DNA from: Bdellovibrionota bacterium
GTDB taxonomy: Bacteria > Bdellovibrionota > UBA1018 > CAIPTA01 > JAALKR01
DNA length: 64,000 nucleotides
Reading direction: 5' to 3'
Assembly (NCBI GenBank): GCA_965207455.1
Contig: CBDBMJ010000001.1
Coordinates: forward strand, 864,001 to 928,000
A program made the translations under genes and the position numbers. The first letter of the stretch is position 1. Every line of letters begins with the position of its first letter. Positions 11,211-20,456 of the stretch are shown here, one piece after another. Below the pieces are notes generated by a model. The model saw only the letters and a list, made by a program, of their open reading frames with translations, was not told where the DNA came from and searched no databases.

Positions 11211-11843
11211 ATGTTTAGAAATACAATTCCAAGTAACACTATAAGAATTCCTTTTTTTATTTTCTTGCTACTTCCTTGTTCATCAATTGCCAATACAGTA
11301 CTTTTCTTGGAACCGTATGTGGGCTACGGCATGGGCTCAATGGATAAAAGTGTATTTACAAAAAATAATTCTGCCGATAGAATTATAAGTAAATACACAT
11401 TAACAAATAGAGTGAATCATGGCCTACGTTTTGGCTTCATTTTTCCTGAGGGCCCCTACATGGCCATCACCTATAATCTGGAAAGAGCAAGCTATAAAGA
11501 AGCAGATGAAGAGCACAATTTAGGGAAACTGAAATCAAAAAGCCTGTGGGGAACTATTGGATATAATATGCCAATAAATATACGCTTATGGATTTCCTAC
11601 ACCATTTCTTTCACTCAAAATTTAATTCCTAGCAATATACTGGAAAATGAAGCTATAATAAACGGAGAGGGGTTTCTTTGTGGCATTGGTTATAAAATTA
11701 CTCCTCATTTTAGTTTGAATATAGAGTATAGAAGTATAAGAATAAAGGAATTAATATATGATGGAAAAACTTATCAATCAAAAAATAATCCTACTACAGA
11801 TCTCATACATATTTCCGTCAACTTTCCTTTCACCTTATACTAA
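11211..11843 (+). CDS. Outer-membrane beta-barrel protein (small, OmpA/OmpW-like barrel)
   Basis: Signal peptide, LEPYVGYG start of mature region, GIGYKITPHFSLNIEYR strand, aromatic C-terminal strand ISVNFPFTLY. Confidence 0.7.
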   Translation: MFRNTIPSNTIRIPFFIFLLLPCSSIANTVLFLEPYVGYGMGSMDKSVFTKNNSADRIISKYTLTNRVNHGLRFGFIFPEGPYMAITYNLERASYKEADEEHNLGKLKSKSLWGTIGYNMPINIRLWISYTISFTQNLIPSNILENEAIINGEGFLCGIGYKITPHFSLNIEYRSIRIKELIYDGKTYQSKNNPTTDLIHISVNFPFTLY

Positions 11844-11848
11844 ATAAA

Positions 11849-13093
11849 ATGAACGCTTATCTAATCTTTATACTGTCATTACTAATCTTTAGCTATTTGT
11901 TGGACTTATTTGTGGAAACCCTTAATTTAAATGCCATGTCTCCTAAAATCCCTGAAGAATTTAAAAACTACTACAATGAAGAAAAATACAAGAAATCCCA
12001 GGAGTACACAAAGGCACAAACAAAATTATCTCTTTGGGAAAACCATTTTTTCTTACCTCTAACAATAACTTTTATACTGTTAGGAGGTTTCCAATATTTA
12101 GATACTATTGCTCGCAGCTTTGGATCAAACAACATCATCACTGGTCTTATTTTTCTAGGTATTTTAGGAATGGGAAGTCAAATCCTACATATCCCCTTTC
12201 AAATCTATCGAACTTTTGTCCTGGAAGAAAAATTTGGTTTTAACTTAAGTAATTGGAAGATATTTACATCCGACCTTATTAAAGGTATATTTTTATCTGC
12301 TCTAATAGGTGGTTTTATACTAGCTCTCATTCTTTGGTTTTTTGAATGGTCTGGCCCTAAAGCATGGCTCTATGTTTGGGTTGCCATTACTCTCATACAG
12401 TGTATTTTTATGTTTTTAGCTCCCGTTCTTATTATGCCCCTGTTTAATACTTTTAAAGCTCTTTCCGATGGTGAACTGAAAACGGCTATTGAAGATTTTG
12501 CAAAAAAAGAAAACTTCCAAATCCAAGGAATTTTTACGATGGATGGATCTCGGAGATCATCAAAGGCCAATGCTTTTTTCACGGGATTTGGTCCTTTCCG
12601 TAGAATTGTTTTATTTGATACATTGATAGAGAATCATACTACGGAAGAATTAGTCGCTGTTTTGGCACACGAAATTGGTCACTATAAAAAAAAGCATCTC
12701 CCAAAAACACTGGCTGTATCTTTTTTATCCACCGGACTCATCCTATATTTCTTTTCCTTAATGATAAATAATAAAAACCTTTTTACCGCTTTCCAAGTAA
12801 AGGAGGTCTCTATCTACGCTAGCCTAGTCTTTATGGGTATTCTATTTTCTCCCATATCTTCCCTACTTTCTATTTTTTCTAACTTCATGTCTCGAAAACA
12901 TGAATACGAGGCAGATGCCTATGCCGCTCATGCATACAAAAGGCCTGACCAGCTGATTAGTGCCCTAAAAAAGCTTAGTGTGGATAGTCTCTCCAACCTC
13001 CACCCCCATAGGCTAAAGGTCTTCTTGGAATATAGCCACCCCACCGTTTTAAACCGAATACAGGCCCTGCAAAAAGTGGAAAAACACTCCTAA
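11849..13093 (+). CDS. M48 family Zn metallopeptidase, Ste24/CAAX-protease-like
   Basis: Multiple TM segments; DGSRRSSKANAFFTG, HEIGH zinc motif, SRKHEYEAD, YSHP. Confidence 0.93.
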   Translation: MNAYLIFILSLLIFSYLLDLFVETLNLNAMSPKIPEEFKNYYNEEKYKKSQEYTKAQTKLSLWENHFFLPLTITFILLGGFQYLDTIARSFGSNNIITGLIFLGILGMGSQILHIPFQIYRTFVLEEKFGFNLSNWKIFTSDLIKGIFLSALIGGFILALILWFFEWSGPKAWLYVWVAITLIQCIFMFLAPVLIMPLFNTFKALSDGELKTAIEDFAKKENFQIQGIFTMDGSRRSSKANAFFTGFGPFRRIVLFDTLIENHTTEELVAVLAHEIGHYKKKHLPKTLAVSFLSTGLILYFFSLMINNKNLFTAFQVKEVSIYASLVFMGILFSPISSLLSIFSNFMSRKHEYEADAYAAHAYKRPDQLISALKKLSVDSLSNLHPHRLKVFLEYSHPTVLNRIQALQKVEKHS

Positions 13094-13124
13094 TTTAAGG
13101 AAAGTTGTGATTCTTACCTTAGAT

Positions 13125-13270
13125 GCCTTAATATGCCTGCTGGGGCAGGTAGCAATGCCTTTTATTTCCATAATGAGAACGCGGAGGTCAGCCAACCCCT
13201 CAATTTTTCAAGGTATTTATGGCAGCTTTCTCAGTATGAAAACGGCGCTGAAATTCAAATAAGTTTAATG
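13125..13270 (-). pseudogene. Degenerate N-terminal fragment of an IS1595-family transposase
   Basis: Minus strand reads NLFEFQRRFHTEKA, then after a frameshift CHKYLEKLR(G)W, then RSHYGNKRHCYLP. This resembles the IS1595 N-terminus (xLxEFQxRFxTExxCxxYLxxLRWP...zinc ribbon). Confidence 0.55.
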
Positions 13271-13330
13271 CGTCTTGCCGCTGCCTTATTGCTATTTTCC
13301 CTATAAATTCAGGCTTTTAAATGAATGTTG

Positions 13331-13664
13331 CCTGCATATGCACTTGACGTGACCTAATGGGGTTTCGGCTTGGAACGCATGACCGACTCTAACATAGTAT
13401 GAAAAAGCAAGCCTCTACTCCCTGAGGTTCGCCGATTAAAACGAAAAACAAATTCGTCCAAATATGACTGTAGGGTTAGTTTATCAACTCGACCTTGATA
13501 AGTCTCATAGTACCAGCGCTTCAACAAGGAAACTGCTCTATGAACTCTTGGTAGAAGTCGGTCATCATCACCGCTTACCTCTTCCCAAGAATAGGGCTTT
13601 TTCTGAGGCTTATGGGAATTACGGATAGCTTAAAAGCAAAGGTCACGTCAAGTGCATATGCAGG
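13331..13664 (-). mobile_element. Non-autonomous, internally deleted IS1595-family element (334 bp, MITE-like)
   Basis: Perfect 25-bp terminal inverted repeats cctgcatatgcacttgacgtgacct (13331-13355) / aggtcacgtcaagtgcatatgcagg (13640-13664). Internal minus-strand frame encodes LLPRVHRAVSLLKRWYYETYQGRVDKLTLQSYLDEFVFRFNRRTSGSRGLLF...PKPH*, the C-terminus of an IS1595/ISXO2-type transposase. No start codon or N-terminal half. Confidence 0.88.
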
Positions 13665-13727
13665 TGATACAAGGCATAACCTATTATAATTATTGGATTT
13701 TTTTCTTTTTTTCTCATCTAATAAAAC

Positions 13728-13756
13728 TTGACTATTTTACATTTATATGCGATAAT
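13728..13756 (+). promoter_or_regulatory. Putative sigma70 promoter for the large lipoprotein gene
   Basis: TTGACT (13728-13733), 17-nt spacer, GATAAT (13751-13756). Confidence 0.55.
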
Positions 13757-13802
13757 AGCAAGACTAAAGAAGTATGGAAGTGGAGATAAAACCCCGATCA
13801 TT

Positions 13803-16800
13803 ATGAGTTATAGCAAAATAACAGTTCTAGCCTATTCTAAGCTGCTCAAAACGGCATGCCTTCTGAGCACTATTGCGCTTCTACATGCCTGTAGCCTCAA
13901 TGTGGATAAGAGCTCTACAGGGCAGGGTTCTAACTTTCACAGCGGCATAATTTCTGGAGAAACTCGTTCCGACCAGTCAAGCCTACAAAATATAAAAAGA
14001 AACAAAACAGTTTTGTTCCAGTCCACTCTTTTTGACATCCTCACAGAGGAACCACTTCCCAGCGGTGTTCCAGTAGAAATCTATGATGAAAAGGGAAAAC
14101 TCCTATACAGCACAAAAACTGAATTTAAAGGTATTGTCAGTTGGTCGAAACAATATTCTTATATAACGAGAACACGCTATGATTATCAAAAGACATCTAT
14201 TTGTTTTAAAATCACCTCTTTCTATGTTGGGATGCACTGTCGTCAAATAGGAGTAAATCCTATTCAGAATGGAACAGAAGCTGTTGTTGACTTAGGTGCT
14301 AATCAAATCCCACCTAAAACAAAGGAAGTGTTGGGAAAAGATGCTACTGGAAATCTTATTAAATTTGGATTTCATCAATTACACGTAATTGATCTTAATT
14401 CATCTAAATTTTCTATTTCCACAGGAAAGCCCACTTTATTGAATCCGATTCTTCGTGCTTGTTTATATTTAAAGCACGATGATCAAAAAATACCAACTGA
14501 TCAAAATTTTTATGTGACTGGATTCAGTAGAAAAAATCCCATTGCTAAAAAAACTAATTCTAATGGTTGCATAGAATGGCAAGAAACCATTAGAAATTTC
14601 CAACACTATTCTAGACAGCGGTGGCATAAAAAAGAAATAAAAATCTGTGCAGACAATGCGCTAACTGGAAAAGGATGCATTGATCGCACAGTCTATATAA
14701 ATCCATGGGACTATAGTGATTCTAGATATGAAAATTTTATATGGAATCAGGGCCAAAAATTAACTAATCATCCCAATCCTGATGATATTCATGGTTCTCC
14801 TAGTTTTAAGGAATTTCTACCTATTATTTCTATAACTAAATTAGGGTTTAACTTTATTAGTCGAAATTTTACAATAACTAAAGACCTCGACTTGCATTCC
14901 ACTCGAAAGTATCATATTTCTCTTACCCCTAAAATACAGTATATGACATTTCAAGGAGAGAAAATAGATATTTTAAATGGACAATATGAATTGAGTTATT
15001 TGCTGGAAAAAGCCCATGGAGAAGGTGAAAATAACATTATTAGATACAGTAATGATTCTCAAGAAAAAAGGGAAATATTAAAATTAGACAAAATATGTTT
15101 CTCTGAAAACATTAATACAAAGAAAGAAAAAAATAGGCTTGCGTGCCACAAGCACAGAATGATAGATTACTCAAAATCACCGATACTTGTGGAATCTAAA
15201 TCCGACATAATTACAAGCGAATTAAATTTTAAATTCACTGACTTACGCTATGTTATGTCTCGAAATAAAATTTATTTTCAAATAACTCCTGTAGATAAGA
15301 CAATAAAATTTCAAAAAAATACATTCTATGGATCCATCAGACAAAATACAGAATCAGGATTCCGAAGACTTTTAGAGAAGAATGAAATGAGTGAATCCGT
15401 AAATAAAATCATTGATTATATTTCTAAAAATAAATATTCAAATAGTACTACATGGTTGAACGAATCCAATCTGACCTACACTACAGGAAACAATGAATTT
15501 TCTACTGATGAAATAAATCACTTTTTATCTCCAAAATCCATCCAAACAGGAAAATATGATGGAACCATGGAGTATACACGAAAAAACTACAGCACTTTAG
15601 AAAAAGCATGTAAAATTATTTATCCTAAAAACAGGAAAATGGCTAAAATTTATGCAGAAAGAACTCGAGAGAATGAAATAAAAAGATACAAAATGATAAA
15701 GAATATTCAAAATGAAGTAAATAAAAAAACTCTCTCTAAATATTTCGGCATTCATATTGATATCTCAGACAGTGATGATTATTTAGAAAAAATAAAAGAA
15801 GAATGCAATCCTGTCACATTTAGTTATTACAGTCTGGGGATGACTCCAGCTAAAAAAGAGCAAATGCGCACGAAAGGATGTAAAGGTTCTTGGAATTTTA
15901 TCGATAAATTTAAGCTTATAAATCTTGTAACTATAGGAGATGAATCCCAGACCATCCCTAAAAACACAGAAAAACTCTTAAGGCACATACGATCTGAATC
16001 TAAATCTCTTCTTGAAAAAATGGATGATGTAAAAACTACCCAAGAATATATTGCAAAAAAAGTATATAAAATAAATTTTACCATCAAAAAATCAGTGGTG
16101 AATCCAGAAAAAAATCCTATTAATATAGTAGAACTACGAAATCTTTGCATAGAAAATCCTTTGGAATTCTTATCCGTAAACTATATAAAACAAATTGAAA
16201 AAATAGAGGATGAAGAAAAACCTAAAGCATATAATAGAGCTGATATTAGCAATATGTATTCTGGACTATTCTTTTCAAAATATATCTACGAAGATAACTC
16301 CAATCAGGCTTCAATAAGCACAAGTGCTAATTTAAATAAAACTGCCGTAATTAGCAATTCTAGTTTATATAACCTGTCTATGAATGCTGGTGTTGGAGTA
16401 AATCTTCGTTATGTAAATGCTGGTGCTGAGTTAATAAGACTTAATGAAGATCGTAGCTCTTTCCGAACAGATGTTGGAACTGGCGAATCATATGCTGATA
16501 TTATTACTTCTGCAAAAGGAGATAATGAAAATAGTGGTGTTAATAACAGTGAATCTAAAACAATAAATACGGAATCTCTAACTTTTTCCTTTAAAGCACA
16601 AACAAGGAGTTGTATACAAATACTGAGGCGAAACTTCATCTTAACTTATGAGGACAGTGACAAAGAAAATTCCAACAATTTATTTCTATGTAAAAATGAA
16701 TTGAATGATTTAGCTCAATATACAGAAACTTGGTTCTATACTTACTTATATTTCCGTAATCAGTCCTCAGCTATACACGATACTGCAGGTGACCTTACAC

Positions 16801-17024
16801 AGCGCCCTCTTACTTCCTTAATACGAGGAAATGCCCAGCTCTACTTGCTTAAAAAGCTAAAAGCCCAACCGTATAAAGTAGAAAAAATTAATGACATTAT
16901 AACGAATAAAACCAAATCTATACAAGAAATCTACCACTACTACAAACTCCACCATAATTTTCCTGGCCTCATTGAGACCAAGCCTCTTAAGTGGTCAAAA
17001 AATCCTGGTCCACTTCCTGAATAA
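13803..17024 (+). CDS. Large hypothetical lipoprotein, paralog 1 (~1073 aa)
   Basis: Long ORF. Start placed at ATG 13803 because the TTG at 13728 coincides with a -35 box. Lipobox-like ALLHAC. Shares many motifs with 17224..20325 (LRACLY, GCxEWQETI, YxNPW, RYVMSRNKIYFQI, TINTESLTF, ETWxYTYLYFRN, HHNFPGLI). Confidence 0.85.
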   Translation: MSYSKITVLAYSKLLKTACLLSTIALLHACSLNVDKSSTGQGSNFHSGIISGETRSDQSSLQNIKRNKTVLFQSTLFDILTEEPLPSGVPVEIYDEKGKLLYSTKTEFKGIVSWSKQYSYITRTRYDYQKTSICFKITSFYVGMHCRQIGVNPIQNGTEAVVDLGANQIPPKTKEVLGKDATGNLIKFGFHQLHVIDLNSSKFSISTGKPTLLNPILRACLYLKHDDQKIPTDQNFYVTGFSRKNPIAKKTNSNGCIEWQETIRNFQHYSRQRWHKKEIKICADNALTGKGCIDRTVYINPWDYSDSRYENFIWNQGQKLTNHPNPDDIHGSPSFKEFLPIISITKLGFNFISRNFTITKDLDLHSTRKYHISLTPKIQYMTFQGEKIDILNGQYELSYLLEKAHGEGENNIIRYSNDSQEKREILKLDKICFSENINTKKEKNRLACHKHRMIDYSKSPILVESKSDIITSELNFKFTDLRYVMSRNKIYFQITPVDKTIKFQKNTFYGSIRQNTESGFRRLLEKNEMSESVNKIIDYISKNKYSNSTTWLNESNLTYTTGNNEFSTDEINHFLSPKSIQTGKYDGTMEYTRKNYSTLEKACKIIYPKNRKMAKIYAERTRENEIKRYKMIKNIQNEVNKKTLSKYFGIHIDISDSDDYLEKIKEECNPVTFSYYSLGMTPAKKEQMRTKGCKGSWNFIDKFKLINLVTIGDESQTIPKNTEKLLRHIRSESKSLLEKMDDVKTTQEYIAKKVYKINFTIKKSVVNPEKNPINIVELRNLCIENPLEFLSVNYIKQIEKIEDEEKPKAYNRADISNMYSGLFFSKYIYEDNSNQASISTSANLNKTAVISNSSLYNLSMNAGVGVNLRYVNAGAELIRLNEDRSSFRTDVGTGESYADIITSAKGDNENSGVNNSESKTINTESLTFSFKAQTRSCIQILRRNFILTYEDSDKENSNNLFLCKNELNDLAQYTETWFYTYLYFRNQSSAIHDTAGDLTQRPLTSLIRGNAQLYLLKKLKAQPYKVEKINDIITNKTKSIQEIYHYYKLHHNFPGLIETKPLKWSKNPGPLPE

Positions 17025-17223
17025 AAATAACTGATTTTAATGCAATGCATAAATTTGACTTATATCGTCGACAACCAACTGTATTATAATGTAACGCATT
17101 AGTAGTCTTAGTGCGTCTATCCGTTGATATTGCTTAATAATTTATAAAGGTAGGATGCAGCTAAAGACCGCTTGCTAAACTCACCATTCTATAATAAAGT
17201 GCATCACAACTTAACTATAGAAG

Positions 17224-20200
17224 ATGAAACTTAATAAATGCGGGGAGGGGCCCAGTGTGTATAGAAAAAAAATACTAACTTTACTGTGCTACAACATTGT
17301 AAAAATCCCACTGCAGCAAAGACAGCGGCAAATAATCACACCATGCCAAAATAAGCTCAAGCCCCTCGCACTCCTTCCGTGCTACAGCCTTATGATAGGA
17401 TCCATTTTCATCCTACAGGCTTGTGGACTCAATGAAAATAACCTTCAATATTCTCAACAACCAACAAATGTTTTCCTCTCCCATTCCTTTTCCGAACAAA
17501 AAATTATAGAAAAAACATTAAATCTAAGTAGTGAAGAAGACTCTACAAACACTGAGCTTGGAATTCATACGATATTATATACAAGAGATATAGAATTAAG
17601 TAATTATTCTATTTCCACTACAAAGCCAACTCTATTAAAGCCAACTCTACGCGCTTGCTTATATTATAATGATACAAAAGTACCTTTTAAACAAAAATTT
17701 TATATCACAACATTCAGTGATCTTAAACCTATATTAAAACAAGCGGACTTTGATGGTTGTGTAGAATGGCAAGAAACCATTGAAGGCTTTCGGTACTACT
17801 CCAATCAGCGATGGTACAAAAAAGAAATAAAAATTTGTTCCGACAATTCAGGAAATAGCTGTGTAAGTCGTATTATCTATATGAACCCATGGGGCTACGA
17901 GTTCAATAATGGAAACTTTATATGGCATCAAGGCAAAGAATTAACCACAACTCCTCCATCTAAAAACATCCACGGCTCATCTGATTTCAAGGAAATTTTA
18001 CCTGCAATTTCCATATCCACATTTGCTTTTAACTTCAACAAACGAAATTTTACTATAACAAAAAATCTCTCTTTAGAATCTCATAGATTATATCATATCT
18101 CCCTTATGCCTAAAATTAAATACATGACTTTTAGAGGAATAAAAGAATCGAATTTAAATGGAGAATATAAATTAAGTTATTTATTAGAAAAAACTCATGG
18201 AGAAACTGAAAGCAGCATCACTTCTTATTCTAAAGAGTCAGAAGAAAGAAAAACTATTCTAAAAAAAGACAAAGTCTGTTTCAGTAATATCTCTCTTATC
18301 AAAGATTATAAAACTCGAATGGCATGCCATAAACATACGGTGATAGATTATTCAAAATCACCAATGTATGTGAAATCAAGCAACAATCTGATTAAAGCAA
18401 AATTAACTCTAAAATTTGCAGATATTCGCTATGTTATGTCTCGAAATAAAATTTATTTTCAAATAATGCCTGCAGATAAAAAAATGAAAATTCAAAAAAA
18501 CTCATTTTATGGTGCTATTATACCAACAGTACGATCAGAACATCAAAATCTTCTTGAACATTCCAAAAAAAATAAATACAGTTTAGAAAATGATACTTCC
18601 TATGAAGGAAAATTAGCACAATTCCATGAAAGAAATGAAACTGTTAATGAGATCATTGAGCATATCACAAATAAAAACTACCTTAACCAAAAAAACTTAA
18701 TGTACGAACATGCCTCATCACTCAATATATTCACATTTACTGCAGGCATTACAGACGACTCTAAATCTTCTTCTAATTACACTGATTATGTCAAAAGAAG
18801 TATTGATTCTAATAAAAATCTTGGACTTGAAATTAACTTTTCCAGCACTGAAATCAACCACCTATTCACTCCAGAAAATATCACTTTAAAAAATGAAAAA
18901 TCTGCCGGGCTATTAAAGAGGACAGAGGAAAATCATAATATTCTAAGAAAAGCATGTAGCTTGCTTTATCCTAAAAATCAGAAAGTGGCTAAAGCTTTTG
19001 CTGAAGAAATACGGAAAAACAAGATTATGGAGTATAAAGAACTCGTTGCATCTTTTAATGAAATTAATAAATCATTCTTCAAATATATCACCGATTCCTC
19101 TGAAGAAGATCTAAAAAATGATGAAAATTATTTTAAAAAAATAAGTCAAAAATGCAGCCCTTCTGCTCCTACAAAATATATTGACCCTCGAATTCGAAAA
19201 AACAATGCAGATTTTAAAACAAAAAAATGTGAAGAGGTATTTGGTTACTGGAATCAAATATACCATAATGTAAAAGGATCATGGAATGCATATAGTCAAG
19301 ACAAAAATGAAGCTCTAGATCTAGTGCGAAAAGAAGCGGAGTTTTTTGCAAGAAAAGCACCGGGATTTTCTAATATAAGAAAAGAAGTACTGGAAAAAAT
19401 ATATGAGATAGATATTTCTTCTGAAAAATTGCTAATAAATCCAGAAACACAGCCTCTTAATATAACAGAACTACAGGAACTTTGTTTTGAAAAACCTTTA
19501 GAATTTTTATCCGTAAGCTATACAGAACAAATTAAAGAAATGAAAAATACAGGTCCTGCTGAATACAGGAAAGCTAACACTACAAACCTATTTTCTGGTA
19601 TTTTTTTAGCGCATTATAATTATAATACCAAAGCCAAACGACATGGAATAGAAGAAAACCTTGCCCATAATAAAAGTGCTATAGTTCATAATTCTAACAT
19701 GTTCAATATATCCATTGGCTTGAGTAAAAGCATATACATAGCTGATTTTAGTGCAAAAAATAATAGTTCACATGGCAGTTCCATGAACGCAGGAATACAA
19801 GGAAATAAAGCCTTTCAAAAAATCACTGCCATAGAAGAAGGGAAAAGCAAATGGCGCGGTAGCAGTAATAATATGTTTCAAACAATCAACACGGAATCTT
19901 TAACTTTTGTATTTCAAGCAAAAACAAAAAATTGTATACGAATTTTAAGAGAGAATTTCATATTGACAAACGATAAGAACGATAGTGAAAATTCTAAAAG
20001 TCTATTTTTATGTCAAAATAAATTGAATGATTGGCGTGAATATGAAGAAACTTGGTACTACACTTACCTATACTTCCGTAACCACTCCTCAGCTCTACAC
20101 GACCCAGCAGGAGATTTAATGCAACGACCCATCACCTCCTTAATTCGAGGAGATACTCAATACTATCTATTTGAAGAACTCTTGACTTCCAGCTCCAAAA

Positions 20201-20325
20201 TCCCTGAATTCTATAATGTTGTCAGCGAGATGACTCAGTCTGCACAAGAAATCTACCGCTATTATAAGATCCATCATAATTTTCCTGGTCTCATCTATGA
20301 CAAAGTCCTTACATGGGCAGAGTGA
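17224..20325 (+). CDS. Large hypothetical lipoprotein, paralog 2 (<=1033 aa; start uncertain)
   Basis: Long ORF, lipobox-like FILQAC, collinear similarity to 13803..17024. Confidence 0.85.
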   Translation: MKLNKCGEGPSVYRKKILTLLCYNIVKIPLQQRQRQIITPCQNKLKPLALLPCYSLMIGSIFILQACGLNENNLQYSQQPTNVFLSHSFSEQKIIEKTLNLSSEEDSTNTELGIHTILYTRDIELSNYSISTTKPTLLKPTLRACLYYNDTKVPFKQKFYITTFSDLKPILKQADFDGCVEWQETIEGFRYYSNQRWYKKEIKICSDNSGNSCVSRIIYMNPWGYEFNNGNFIWHQGKELTTTPPSKNIHGSSDFKEILPAISISTFAFNFNKRNFTITKNLSLESHRLYHISLMPKIKYMTFRGIKESNLNGEYKLSYLLEKTHGETESSITSYSKESEERKTILKKDKVCFSNISLIKDYKTRMACHKHTVIDYSKSPMYVKSSNNLIKAKLTLKFADIRYVMSRNKIYFQIMPADKKMKIQKNSFYGAIIPTVRSEHQNLLEHSKKNKYSLENDTSYEGKLAQFHERNETVNEIIEHITNKNYLNQKNLMYEHASSLNIFTFTAGITDDSKSSSNYTDYVKRSIDSNKNLGLEINFSSTEINHLFTPENITLKNEKSAGLLKRTEENHNILRKACSLLYPKNQKVAKAFAEEIRKNKIMEYKELVASFNEINKSFFKYITDSSEEDLKNDENYFKKISQKCSPSAPTKYIDPRIRKNNADFKTKKCEEVFGYWNQIYHNVKGSWNAYSQDKNEALDLVRKEAEFFARKAPGFSNIRKEVLEKIYEIDISSEKLLINPETQPLNITELQELCFEKPLEFLSVSYTEQIKEMKNTGPAEYRKANTTNLFSGIFLAHYNYNTKAKRHGIEENLAHNKSAIVHNSNMFNISIGLSKSIYIADFSAKNNSSHGSSMNAGIQGNKAFQKITAIEEGKSKWRGSSNNMFQTINTESLTFVFQAKTKNCIRILRENFILTNDKNDSENSKSLFLCQNKLNDWREYEETWYYTYLYFRNHSSALHDPAGDLMQRPITSLIRGDTQYYLFEELLTSSSKIPEFYNVVSEMTQSAQEIYRYYKIHHNFPGLIYDKVLTWAE

Positions 20326-20399
20326 AGAAAAACATAAAACTCATTGTGATGCTCCCAATAATAGCCCCAAGGTAGGTGCTCAATTAGCTGGTTTCTGAC

Positions 20400-20429
20400 T
20401 TGCCAGAGTGCCCTTCTACAGCGTATAAT
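20400..20429 (+). promoter_or_regulatory. Putative sigma70 promoter of htpX
   Basis: TTGCCA (20400-20405), 18-nt spacer, TATAAT (20424-20429), then AAGGAG RBS and ATG at 20457. Confidence 0.5.
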
Positions 20430-20456
20430 CAGAATGAAATTAAAAAGGAGAATCAA

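Noticed and set aside
13728..13802. TTG start and 25-aa N-terminal extension of lipoprotein paralog 1
   Set aside because: The TTG is part of a well-spaced -35 box; ATG 13803 gives a more plausible signal peptide.
17040..17220. Possible structured RNA between the lipoprotein paralogs (short hairpin acgcatta...tagtgcgt near 17094-17116)
   Set aside because: A single short imperfect stem with no recognisable riboswitch or ncRNA motif; an Rfam/Infernal search would be needed.
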